12,951 nucleotides of DNA from positions 1 to 12,951 of the forward strand of contig JAEOTE010000044.1 of NCBI GenBank assembly GCA_016839945.1. Reading direction: 5' to 3'. The stretch is from Candidatus Heimdallarchaeota archaeon (GTDB lineage Archaea > Asgardarchaeota > Heimdallarchaeia > Heimdallarchaeales > Heimdallarchaeaceae). The notes under the pieces are model-generated. The model was not told the DNA's origin, did not search any database, and saw only the letters and a list, made by a program, of their open reading frames with translations. The position numbers and the translations under genes were made by a program. Below, piece after piece: positions 1 through 8,458 of the stretch (positions are counted from its first letter, which is position 1; each line of letters starts with the position of its first letter).

Positions 1-2
1 AG

Positions 3-551
3 AAGCTCTTCATCACTTCATTTATCTTCATATTGTTTTTTACAATAAATCCATTAGTTATTGCTGATGAGGAAGATGATGACGAGGAGAACGGAGAAGA
101 TTTTGCTAAAGATCTAGGAATTGTTGCAATTGCACTTTTTGTTGCTAGCGTTGTAAATGTAGGGATATTGTATCTGTATAAACTTTCTAGAAGATTCATT
201 ACTGAAGAAAGTGGTGCTAGTAAGATCAAGGAAACAACGAGAGAATTCTATCTTAAAACTCGCAAACCTTTGAATTTCATCCATTATTTTATAGGTTTAG
301 CAGCTGTTACTGTTTTGGTTATTCATGGTATTAAGTTAACACAAAAAGATGATGAAACTGTAATCTTAGGTTGGTTAACTGCCGGAGTTTATGTTTTTTA
401 TATCTTAACAGGTTTAATTTTAAAACTGAAGATAAAACCTATATGGACTTCAAAAAAAGCTGTCAGAATTCTAAATAAAATTCATCGAAGCATGATACTC
501 TTCTTAGGTATCATAATTGCTCACATTATTCATGTTCTAATTGCAGATTAG
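3..551 (+). CDS. Ferric-reductase-like / cytochrome b-type di-heme membrane protein, probably 5'-truncated by the window edge
   Basis: The frame is open from nt 3 (KLFITSFIFILFFTINPLVIA-DEEDDDEE), which looks like a signal peptide, so the true start is probably upstream of the TTG at 33. Four further hydrophobic helices follow, with His pairs H-x13-H (HYFIGLAAVTVLVIH) and H-x12-H (HRSMILFLGIIIAH), the spacing of bis-His heme ligands in the ferric reductase/NOX TM domain. Confidence 0.65.
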   Translation, partial: KLFITSFIFILFFTINPLVIADEEDDDEENGEDFAKDLGIVAIALFVASVVNVGILYLYKLSRRFITEESGASKIKETTREFYLKTRKPLNFIHYFIGLAAVTVLVIHGIKLTQKDDETVILGWLTAGVYVFYILTGLILKLKIKPIWTSKKAVRILNKIHRSMILFLGIIIAHIIHVLIAD

Positions 552-562
552 AGAACTAAAGA

Positions 563-580
563 CTTAAATTCAAGTTGAAT
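563..580 (+). promoter_or_regulatory. Putative TATA box (CTTAAATT, 563-570) overlapped by the palindrome ATTCAA-G-TTGAAT (568-580)
   Basis: The TATA-like element ends 23 nt before ATG 594 and there is no SD, consistent with a leaderless archaeal transcript. The 6-bp inverted repeat is read directly from the sequence. Confidence 0.4.
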
Positions 581-593
581 CATATAATAATCT

Positions 594-1010
594 ATGTCAG
601 AAACGACTATAACAACTACTCCTGCAAAGAAACCAGTTAAATCAAATTGGGAATTTGCAGGTTATTGGAATACTTTGATTGGTGGATTTGTACTTATTGT
701 ACAAGGATTTCTCACATTCTTTTGGCAATTAGCTCCTGGAATTCAATTCCTTGGAAATTCTAATTTCTTCCTATTTTCAATAGGAACTTGGGCTATTTGG
801 TTCAATGCAGTTATTCAAATGCTACTCGGAATTTTTGTCCTAATACTGATTTGGGCTTGGATTCAAGATTTACTGAAAATTGGTGTTTTGATCAAGGATA
901 ATATGTGGTTAGGAATTATTTTCATTGTTATAGGACTTATAACATTGGGATTAGGTGGAGTTCTTGTACTAGTAGGTGGAATCTTCTATCTATTAAGCAT
1001 CAAAAAATAA
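594..1010 (+). CDS. Hypothetical integral membrane protein (about 4 TM helices, Trp/Gly-rich)
   Basis: 138-aa ORF with hydrophobic segments, a Thr-rich N-terminus and a KK C-terminus, followed by a T-tract. No family motif recognised. Confidence 0.8.
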   Translation: MSETTITTTPAKKPVKSNWEFAGYWNTLIGGFVLIVQGFLTFFWQLAPGIQFLGNSNFFLFSIGTWAIWFNAVIQMLLGIFVLILIWAWIQDLLKIGVLIKDNMWLGIIFIVIGLITLGLGGVLVLVGGIFYLLSIKK

Positions 1011-1015
1011 CACAA

Positions 1016-1040
1016 TCTCTTTCTCTTTTTTTATTTTTTT
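1016..1040 (+). terminator. Oligo-T / pyrimidine-rich terminator
   Basis: tctctttctctttttttattttttt lies just after the stop at 1010 with no GC hairpin, as is typical of archaeal intrinsic terminators. Confidence 0.55.
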
Positions 1041-1117
1041 AATAAAGAATTTTTTCCTTACTTTTTTCTCATACAAACATCCTTCTAAAATGTATAATTT
1101 ACTTTATCTCTTTTGTT

Positions 1118-1132
1118 AAGAAGATTTAAATA
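1118..1132 (+). promoter_or_regulatory. Putative BRE plus TATA box for the 879-aa gene
   Basis: Purine run aagaaga followed by TTTAAATA (1125-1132). A G-rich SD-like stretch (aggggat) sits just before ATG 1190. Confidence 0.45.
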
Positions 1133-1189
1133 AAACATTGAACTGAATATAGAGATAATGACCTTTTAGAAAGGTTACAGGGGATTTAT

Positions 1190-3829
1190 ATGAAAAAAAA
1201 ACAATATTTTATTTCAATTTTAGTTTTAATACTATTTCTACAACCTTTCCTCGTCACTAATACTACAAGTGCTCTGTTTCAAACAGAAAGAAATGATTTC
1301 AAGATCGAAGCTACCTCCAATAATTTCATTGTAAAGAAAGATGTTGGTGCGGGTGGGGAAGAACAACTGATAACTAATGTTGTTAGAAATGGTGGTTTTG
1401 AGGAAGTAGATTCCTATGATGAAGGACCAGAATTTTTCAGTTACTATGCAAATGCATTCCAATATGTAGATATGGCATATACAGTAATTACATATGGAGG
1501 ATCATCATTTGCTTGTTCGATTCAAGGTCTAGGTTCAGGGCAATTCTATTCTAATCCTCGTTTATCCAGATCTTTTACTAGTAGTTCTGAAAGAGCTTAT
1601 CTTCAGGAAAATATAGATTTTGATTTCTTTTACTATCTAGTTAATAATCCTGATATTTCATCAGGAGGTACAATTTACCTAAGACTTAATTGCTATCATG
1701 ATGCTAGTTCAACCAATTGGAATATCTATTACTATTTCTCAATTGACACTTTTTCTTTTATTAATGACACTGATGATGCTTATTATGACCTCACTAGTCC
1801 TTTTGGAAGTTGGGAAGCTTTTTCAAGAGATATTGACAATGATTTTACTCAAGCTTTTGGTCCAGCTCCAGTTGACACTTATGTGAGTATTATGTATATT
1901 TATGCAACTTCTCCATCGAAACCTTCGGGAATGACAGAAGTTATTGTTGATGATTTCAGCTTAGAAAATGGCACAAATCATGATTACATTCCTAGCGATG
2001 GTGATTTTGAATCAGGAACAGGTTCTGGATGGGGTCAATATAGCACAGGTATAGGTTCGCTTTATCAAACAGATGATCACACCGAGGGTAATAAAGCCTT
2101 AAACATGACATCATACAGTCCTTTAGGTCTTCAATCATATGCATATCTGTCTAATAGCTTGGGACGATGGAACCCACCTATGGGATATTATGCCAAAGAG
2201 CCTGGACAATTTACGTATAACTTTGACTGGAAATACAATGATGAAAATGCTGGAATTCAAACCTTTGCTTATTTTTATATTTCTGGTCGTAACAGTACAT
2301 ATGATTTCTTTGCAGCATGGTTCTTTGGAAGCGGGACTGATACAATTCTGTATAGTAATTATACAAGTCCTACTGACAGAGAAGTTTATTTTGCTGCAGA
2401 TGGTTTCGGTGATAGAGACACCTGGAATCTGTTCAGTCTAGACTTATATGATATATGTTCTCATTACAATCTCTCCAATATAGCTTTCACTGGTGATGGT
2501 ATACAAGCAAATTCATATGGAACAGTAAATGCTAAATCTGAACTATTAATTGACAATCTAATTTTAACCAATTATCCTACAGTTGATCCTTCCTTTGAAG
2601 AGGATTGGGAATCTATTGCAACTAACCCAATTCCTTCTTGGTATGATAATCGAGATGAACCTTATATCAGTTCCACAACTGATGCGAAATCTGGAGATAT
2701 AGCAGCAAATCTTACTTCATATGGTAGTATAGGTAATGTTATGCTTTATCGTAATATGTACTTAAATGCAGATCCAAGTCTTTTCACAGATTTCTGGTGG
2801 AGGTTAGATGAAATCGACTCTTTTGATGACGATAACTATGCTTGGATTAAAGTTGAAACAGATGAGAGTAAAGAAATTTACTATATGTTAGGAGCAAGTG
2901 AGAACTTCATTTTGTCTCAGTTTAATTCTTCAAATTATTGCTACTTCTACATTGAAAACTTCAACCAAACTGGCGTCTGGTTCAATCTTATTAGAAACAT
3001 AGCTGTAGATTTTGAAGCTGCTTTTGGTATAGGGAACTGGAACATTACACGTATTGAAATAGAAAGTAGTTCTTGGGGACCATCTGTAACTTCACTTATC
3101 GTTGATGATATCCACTTCGTTCAAGATACTACAGGACCTCGATTAATTAGTTTAATGATGCTTAATGATCCTACATATTATCAAGATGCTTTATTAGAAA
3201 TGATGTGTGTCGATACAATGTCTAGAGTTATGTCTGTGAGAGTATACTATCGAACAGCAACTACTTGGAATTATGTTGTTGCATCAATGTTTGGAATGTA
3301 CTTCAGAGCCACAATACCTGCACATGACTATGGAAACACGGTAGAATACTATATTCAGATGTGGGATATATTTGGAAGAAATAGCATTGATGACAATGGA
3401 GGAGCTTACTACTCTTATGCGATACTGTATGATATTGATCCAATTGTTAATATTCTAAGTATTTCTACAAACGCAGACTATGGTTTAGCAAGCATTCATA
3501 TAGACTGTACTGATGAAGGTAGTGGGATAGAATTTATCGATATTTTAGACAATGGTACTTTTGTTGCTGCAATTGATACAGCTCCATACATATACAACTG
3601 GAATGCTACACCAGTACAAGAGAGTGGATTGCATGTTGTAACAGTAATTGCACATGATTTTGCAGGAAATACTGCTGAAGCAAGTTTTGACATCTTTGTA
3701 ACGGTTTACGAACCTCCAAGTGCTTTTGTATCATTCTTCCATAAATGGGGAACACTAGTAGGTGCTAGTATAATAGGTGTAGCTTGGGCTTCATTTTCTA
3801 TCGTGCAATTTATTCGAAAACCAAAATAG
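1190..3829 (+). CDS. Large secreted, C-terminally membrane-anchored surface glycoprotein with three tandem CBM-like/galactose-binding-like modules and two Ig-like domains
   Basis: Signal peptide (MKKKQYFISILVLILFLQP). Three ~200-aa modules start NGGFE, DGDFE and DPSFE and end VIVDDFSL, LLIDNLIL and LIVDDIHF. Ig-like stalk motifs DTTGP...ATIPA...VEYYI..WD..G and G.H.VTVIAHDFAGN follow. There is a C-terminal TM helix plus RKPK, and many N-x-S/T sequons. Confidence 0.85.
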   Translation: MKKKQYFISILVLILFLQPFLVTNTTSALFQTERNDFKIEATSNNFIVKKDVGAGGEEQLITNVVRNGGFEEVDSYDEGPEFFSYYANAFQYVDMAYTVITYGGSSFACSIQGLGSGQFYSNPRLSRSFTSSSERAYLQENIDFDFFYYLVNNPDISSGGTIYLRLNCYHDASSTNWNIYYYFSIDTFSFINDTDDAYYDLTSPFGSWEAFSRDIDNDFTQAFGPAPVDTYVSIMYIYATSPSKPSGMTEVIVDDFSLENGTNHDYIPSDGDFESGTGSGWGQYSTGIGSLYQTDDHTEGNKALNMTSYSPLGLQSYAYLSNSLGRWNPPMGYYAKEPGQFTYNFDWKYNDENAGIQTFAYFYISGRNSTYDFFAAWFFGSGTDTILYSNYTSPTDREVYFAADGFGDRDTWNLFSLDLYDICSHYNLSNIAFTGDGIQANSYGTVNAKSELLIDNLILTNYPTVDPSFEEDWESIATNPIPSWYDNRDEPYISSTTDAKSGDIAANLTSYGSIGNVMLYRNMYLNADPSLFTDFWWRLDEIDSFDDDNYAWIKVETDESKEIYYMLGASENFILSQFNSSNYCYFYIENFNQTGVWFNLIRNIAVDFEAAFGIGNWNITRIEIESSSWGPSVTSLIVDDIHFVQDTTGPRLISLMMLNDPTYYQDALLEMMCVDTMSRVMSVRVYYRTATTWNYVVASMFGMYFRATIPAHDYGNTVEYYIQMWDIFGRNSIDDNGGAYYSYAILYDIDPIVNILSISTNADYGLASIHIDCTDEGSGIEFIDILDNGTFVAAIDTAPYIYNWNATPVQESGLHVVTVIAHDFAGNTAEASFDIFVTVYEPPSAFVSFFHKWGTLVGASIIGVAWASFSIVQFIRKPK

Positions 3830-3845
3830 AGGTTAATTCCTCTTT

Positions 3846-4920
3846 TCATTTTTTTCTTTTCTTATATATTGGAATAATTGGGATTAAAAGAAGAATAAAG
3901 TATAACTCAAATCCTATAACTGTTTCAGTACTTAAGCCTTTAATTTCCAGGATTTCCAATCCATCACCAGAATCTCCTACATATATCAAATCATCATAGA
4001 GTTCTAGTGAGTGAGATTGTCCTCCATCAAAATGTTCAGCTAAAACAATTGGATTACTTTTGTTCGTTATATCTAACAACTCTACCCCTGTATAGCCATT
4101 AGCAAGATATAGAATGTTATTGTGAACTTCTAATTCTGATGCTGATCCCACATCATCATATCTAGAGATAATTGATGGATTCAAGAAATCACTGAAATTC
4201 AACATGAGTACTCCATTATACTCATTTGCTATGTAAGCTACTTTATCCTCTACGAATACATCAGTAGAAGTTGAACCTATTTCATATTCACCAAGTCTAA
4301 TTGGATTCATAATATCACTAATATTATATGCGAAAATCCAATCAAAATCTGTTGTCCAATTCCATGCTAGAATGTAAATAATATCGTTTTGAATGAAAGA
4401 ATTATGGACACCCATATCTTCACATAAAATGTTTATACTCTCAAGATTTGATGGATTACTTATGTTAAGTATGTTCATTCCATATAATCCACCAGCAAAT
4501 GCAATATTCTCTTCAACGTTTAAATGACCAATTGTACCAGTGGTATATTCTTTAATGATAGAAGGATTTGATGCATCACTGACATTAATTATTAGAATAC
4601 CAAGATTCCAAACAGCAATGTATGCCACTTCATCCTCAACATCGAAGTCATGTGGTAAATTTACAGTCATGTTTGCATAGAGAACTTGGAGTTTTAGGAT
4701 CACTCACATCGATTATGTAGAACTTATTTCTACTGTACTCTGAAGCATATGCAATGTCATCAACGACTTGAATATCAAATAGAGAACCACTAATTTTATA
4801 TTCTCCAATTTTTGTCAAAGTAACTTCTTCTTTCTTCGCTTGTGGATGATAAATAACAAAACTACAGATAAACAGCGTTAATAAAAATAAAATCAGAAAT
4901 ATTTTTTTGGAAATTCTCAA
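3846..4920 (-). pseudogene. LVIVD-repeat 7-bladed beta-propeller surface protein interrupted by a one-base frameshift near 4678-4695 (ORFs 4648..4920 and 3846..4703 are one gene)
   Basis: The upstream part has GGAGG + TTG, a signal peptide and blade 1 (…FYIIDVSDPKTP). The downstream frame continues VLYANMTVNLPHDFDVEDEVAY… with six more repeats. Removing one base gives a 357-aa protein ending IGFE-TM-KKRKK. It could be a real lesion or a sequencing error. Confidence 0.8.
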
Positions 4921-4930
4921 GAGCTAGATT

Positions 4931-4935
4931 CCTCC
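4931..4935 (-). promoter_or_regulatory. Shine-Dalgarno GGAGG for the LVIVD gene
   Basis: The minus strand reads ataGGAGGaatctagctcTTG, with the start at 4920. Confidence 0.65.
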
Positions 4936-4998
4936 TATAAGTGAACCATATATTTGTTAGTTAGAGCTCTTATTAATTTAGTTCCTTTCTGAATAATG

Positions 4999-5006
4999 TT
5001 TATAAT
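4999..5006 (+). promoter_or_regulatory. Putative TATA box (TTTATAAT), leaderless transcript
   Basis: Ends 22 nt before ATG 5029, and no SD precedes the start. Confidence 0.5.
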
Positions 5007-5028
5007 AATGTAATTTTTCTCTTCGCTA

Positions 5029-6441
5029 ATGACTGATTTAGAAAAAAGATTGGTATCTGTTGATGTTGTGAGAGGAATAGCTATTATGGGAGTCTTATTC
5101 ATTCATGCAACCATTTATGGCATCTGGCATACGGAAACAAATGCTCTAAATATAGTTCATATTGGTGTTATAGCTGTATTTATTCCCATTATTCTTATGG
5201 GAACATGGGGAGGAGGTTTTCCACTCATTAGTAGTTTAGTAGGAACTTATAATGTTTACAGAAGAATGGATAAAGGGATTTCTTTGCGTAAAGCATGTGT
5301 TCCAATTTTAATAAACAGCACAATACTTCTTCTTCTAGATCCATTGAAAGCTTTTCTTTTTGGAAGAACGTGGACTACAGGTTTTACTGAAGGAATAAAT
5401 TATTCTGTCCTAAGCAGTCTTTTGGAAAAAGGTGAATTTATCCTTCCTGGTGTTGAGAGGATTATGCAAATCGGTTCTCTATCTTCCATTGGTTTGAGTG
5501 GTTTCTTAACAGTTTTACTTCTTTGGTTACTTTTTAGAAAAGATGGGAAAGAAAAAATCAAAAGAAATGTAATCATTCTCATAACACTTGGGTTTTCCTT
5601 AATAGTTGCTTCTAATTTCATTAATGAAGCTCTACATCCTTATGTGGAGATATTATATTTGAAGGGAGGAATATTTGCGTTCTTTGCTTATGTTTTGAGA
5701 CTATTTGTAAGTGCACAGCTATCATTCTTTCCAATTAGTCTTTATGGGATCTTTGGTATTATACCTGGTTATCTGTTTGCGATGAAAAAAGACTTCAAGT
5801 GGATAAAACGGTATGGTTTGAGTCTTGGTTCTCTATTCTCAGGAGGGTTTATACTTACAACAGCTTTAACATTAGTTCAAGCATCAGATATTGAATCTGG
5901 TTTGTTTGGAATTTTAGATTACGAGATATATCCTCGAGAATTATTGTTCTTTAGTTTGGGATGTATGATGTTTATATTAATCTGGTTAGCTAAGAAGTTT
6001 GAGTATGCATCCTACGAGAAGAAAGTTCTATTATCTCGGAAAACTCTTTTTATCAGGAGATTTGGTGTAGCATCTTTAACCATTTATTTCTTTGAACCAT
6101 TTTTCAATAATATCTTTGCAAATGTCTTTCACCGTATATTTGGTGATCTTTCTGCAGGATTTGGAAATCCTGATCCTTTTATGTCTAATGTTCCTGCTAT
6201 TTTACTTTATGAAGTAGTACTCTTCTCTTTCTGGGGATTAGCAGTATTCTTCTGGTCTAAATCTGGTTATAAATTCGGATTAGAACATGCAATAATAGTT
6301 ACATCTAGACCTTTTAGAAAAGTAAAAACCATGAGAGCTCAATTATACAATCCAACTGATGAAGAAGTAGAAGAAGCTCGAAAAATTCTAGGAAAAGAAA
6401 AAAAGAAGAAAAAGGAACAAAAGGTTAATAAGAATTTGTAA
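5029..6441 (+). CDS. Polytopic membrane acyl/acetyltransferase-like protein (HGSNAT catalytic / DUF1624 / acyltransferase-3 superfamily)
   Basis: The N-terminal RLVSVDVVRGIAIMGVLFIH matches the R-x-x-S-x-D-x-x-RG-x8-H signature. It has about 10 TM helices, RFGVASLTIYFFE near the C-terminus and a Lys-rich tail. Confidence 0.7.
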   Translation: MTDLEKRLVSVDVVRGIAIMGVLFIHATIYGIWHTETNALNIVHIGVIAVFIPIILMGTWGGGFPLISSLVGTYNVYRRMDKGISLRKACVPILINSTILLLLDPLKAFLFGRTWTTGFTEGINYSVLSSLLEKGEFILPGVERIMQIGSLSSIGLSGFLTVLLLWLLFRKDGKEKIKRNVIILITLGFSLIVASNFINEALHPYVEILYLKGGIFAFFAYVLRLFVSAQLSFFPISLYGIFGIIPGYLFAMKKDFKWIKRYGLSLGSLFSGGFILTTALTLVQASDIESGLFGILDYEIYPRELLFFSLGCMMFILIWLAKKFEYASYEKKVLLSRKTLFIRRFGVASLTIYFFEPFFNNIFANVFHRIFGDLSAGFGNPDPFMSNVPAILLYEVVLFSFWGLAVFFWSKSGYKFGLEHAIIVTSRPFRKVKTMRAQLYNPTDEEVEEARKILGKEKKKKKEQKVNKNL

Positions 6442-6451
6442 ATTAATTTCT

Positions 6452-7180
6452 ATGATTATAGAAGGGAAAAGAGTGAAAGAATCACCTTATGTGAAAAAGA
6501 AGAAAAAAATGATCAAAAGATTCAATAAGATTTCTGTATCAATTGAAGAAAAGATTTCGAAGTATTATGATAGCATTTTTGCAGAAAAAATAAGAGAGGA
6601 ATCAAAGCTTGAATTTGAAAGGATAATTCCTCAAATTCCTTACTATCCAGGGAAGATAAATATTTTCAGACAAATTGTTGTTATAGGTTCTTGGGCTATT
6701 GCCTTTTATAAACCGATGAAAAAGGAAGAAAAAACAGTAGATGAGACCATATTAATATTCTATGAATATGTGGAGGAATTGCACAAGAAAATACCTAGAA
6801 TTTTCAGATGGATAATAAGACAAATCTTCTTCAGTTACTTCTTCTTTAAAATAGCACAAATTTCAGCCAGAAATATCTCAAAACATACTGAAGGAGGAGG
6901 AGTTGAATATTTCAGAAAAAAAGAGGAGAAGTGTGATTTGATGCTTATCGGGGAAAATTGCCCCATTGTAAGCTTCTTTCATGATCTAGGAGTTCCTGAA
7001 ATGGCATATTATTGTAATTTTGTTGATTATATACAAAGTAAAATCTTTGGATTAGGTTTGATTCAAGAAGCTTGTTTTGGTGCAGGAGATGATAAATGTA
7101 TTTCTTGTATGAAGAAAAGCAGGAATACAGAAGTTCCTAGCAATCTAAAAAATTTAATAGAAAAAATAAAAAATATATAA
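6452..7180 (+). CDS. L-2-amino-thiazoline-4-carboxylic acid hydrolase family (ATC_hydrolase, V4R-like) protein
   Basis: C-terminal pattern CPIVSFFHDLGVPEMAYYCNFVD…GLGL…GAGDDKC and N-terminal IIPQIPYYPG. It starts 10 nt after the upstream stop, so it is probably co-transcribed. Confidence 0.7.
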   Translation: MIIEGKRVKESPYVKKKKKMIKRFNKISVSIEEKISKYYDSIFAEKIREESKLEFERIIPQIPYYPGKINIFRQIVVIGSWAIAFYKPMKKEEKTVDETILIFYEYVEELHKKIPRIFRWIIRQIFFSYFFFKIAQISARNISKHTEGGGVEYFRKKEEKCDLMLIGENCPIVSFFHDLGVPEMAYYCNFVDYIQSKIFGLGLIQEACFGAGDDKCISCMKKSRNTEVPSNLKNLIEKIKNI

Positions 7181-7191
7181 TTGCAAAGATT

Positions 7192-8367
7192 TCACTCATT
7201 AAATTCTTTTTTCATTTTTTCCACAAGTTCTGCATTAGTATAAACATCAATGGCTGTCATTGCTAGAGCTTTTGCTGCTACTAGCATTTTTTGTTGACCT
7301 CGGTCTGAAATGGAAGCTTCTGCAAATTCAGTTGAGTGACTTGGTATATCTTCTTCTGCTATTCCGACATAAGGATGTATTGTTGGAACTTCGTGACTCA
7401 CATTTCCAATGTCACTAGATCCCAATCCTCCTCCTGGAGGTTTTGGTCTAATTGGTTCACCAATGATTTTGAGATTCTCAATAAAAGCATCACCAAGTGC
7501 TTTGTTTACTTTTCTAGATCTATATGTTAAACCAACTTCTTCGAATTTCATCTTTGAACCTGTACTAAGTGCAGCTCCTTTTGCACAATCTTCAACTTTC
7601 TTCACAAGTTGTTTTTGATAATCATCATCAAGAGCTCTAACATAAAACTCTGCAGCAGCATAATCTGGAACTATATTGGGCTTGACTCCTCCGCGAGTTA
7701 CAATACCATGTATCCTTGCATCATTTGGAATATGTTGTCTTAGAGCATTTATACTATTGAAAGTCTGAATTACTGCGTCTAAAGCATTAATACCCTTTTC
7801 CGGCTGTGCAGATGCATGAGCTGATTTCCCAAAGAATTCTATCCTTACATGAGTTACTGCTAATCCTCCTCTTCCTGTATAAGTATGAATTGCTGATGGG
7901 TGAAACATGATTGCTGCATCTACTCCTTTGAATAAACCTGCATTGATCATATGAATTTTACCTCCTCCACCCTCTTCCGCTGGAGTTCCCATAAATATCA
8001 ATTTACCCGGTAACTCAACTTTCAATGAACCCAATGCAAGACTAGCTCCAAGAGCAGCACTAGCAATCAAATTATGACCACAGGCATGATCTATCTCTGG
8101 AAGAGCATCATATTCTCCTAGAATAGCAACTGTTTGTCCTTCAGTTTGTTCTGGATGTATAGCATGAATAGCGGTTTCTAATTCAGCTGCTCCTAAGTCT
8201 ACCTGGAAACCAGCTTTTTCTAATTCACATGCTAATAATTTTGAAGCTTTATATTCTTTAAAGGCAAGTTCAGGATTGTTATAGATTTCTTTGCTAATTT
8301 CAAAAAGTATATCCTTATTATCATCAATATAAGCACAAACTTTTTTCTTAAATTCTAAATCTAGCAT
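7192..8367 (-). CDS. M20 family metallo-amidohydrolase (ACY1L2/PM20D2/AbgB-like)
   Basis: Motifs NPELAFKE, GEYDALP…HACGHN, GTPAEEGGGGK, MFHP, GKSAHAS..PEKGINALDA, GSSDIGNVS and HS.EF. Confidence 0.93.
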   Translation of the reverse strand: MLDLEFKKKVCAYIDDNKDILFEISKEIYNNPELAFKEYKASKLLACELEKAGFQVDLGAAELETAIHAIHPEQTEGQTVAILGEYDALPEIDHACGHNLIASAALGASLALGSLKVELPGKLIFMGTPAEEGGGGKIHMINAGLFKGVDAAIMFHPSAIHTYTGRGGLAVTHVRIEFFGKSAHASAQPEKGINALDAVIQTFNSINALRQHIPNDARIHGIVTRGGVKPNIVPDYAAAEFYVRALDDDYQKQLVKKVEDCAKGAALSTGSKMKFEEVGLTYRSRKVNKALGDAFIENLKIIGEPIRPKPPGGGLGSSDIGNVSHEVPTIHPYVGIAEEDIPSHSTEFAEASISDRGQQKMLVAAKALAMTAIDVYTNAELVEKMKKEFNE

Positions 8368-8388
8368 GGAGACAAATTAAATCTATGA

Positions 8389-8396
8389 TATATAAA
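8389..8396 (-). promoter_or_regulatory. Putative TATA box (TTTATATA) for the M20 gene
   Basis: Close to the archaeal TATA consensus, ending 21 nt before ATG 8367, with no SD. Confidence 0.55.
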
Positions 8397-8415
8397 ATAT
8401 TGTAGCTAATGTAAG

Positions 8416-8422
8416 AAAAAAA
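8416..8422 (-). terminator. Oligo-T terminator after the activase operon
   Basis: T7 tract on the minus strand about 36 nt past the stop at 8459 and upstream of the M20 TATA box. Confidence 0.4.
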
Positions 8423-8458
8423 CAGAGATTTCATAATATCGGAATGATTGGTTATCTC

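Noticed and set aside
1238-3693. Nested or antisense ORFs 1238..1462, 1698..1886, 2139..2441 and 3496..3693
   Set aside because: All lie inside the well-supported 879-aa gene and have no motifs or initiation signals, so they are off-frame shadows.
3784-3999. 71-aa + strand ORF bridging two convergent genes
   Set aside because: It overlaps the end of the 879-aa gene, is antisense to the LVIVD gene and shows no recognisable protein features.
3846-4703. 285-aa ORF as an independent gene starting MILKLQ
   Set aside because: It has no SD or signal peptide and starts mid-repeat, so it is the downstream part of the frameshifted gene that starts at 4920.
6385-6510. A-rich runs as possible phase-variation or slippage tracts
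   Set aside because: They encode Lys/Glu-rich termini in intact frames and are expected in AT-rich DNA.
7192-8458. M20 amidohydrolase as a fourth gene of the activase operon
   Set aside because: The 91-nt gap contains a T7 tract and a separate TATA box, so independent transcription is more likely, although a functional link is not excluded.
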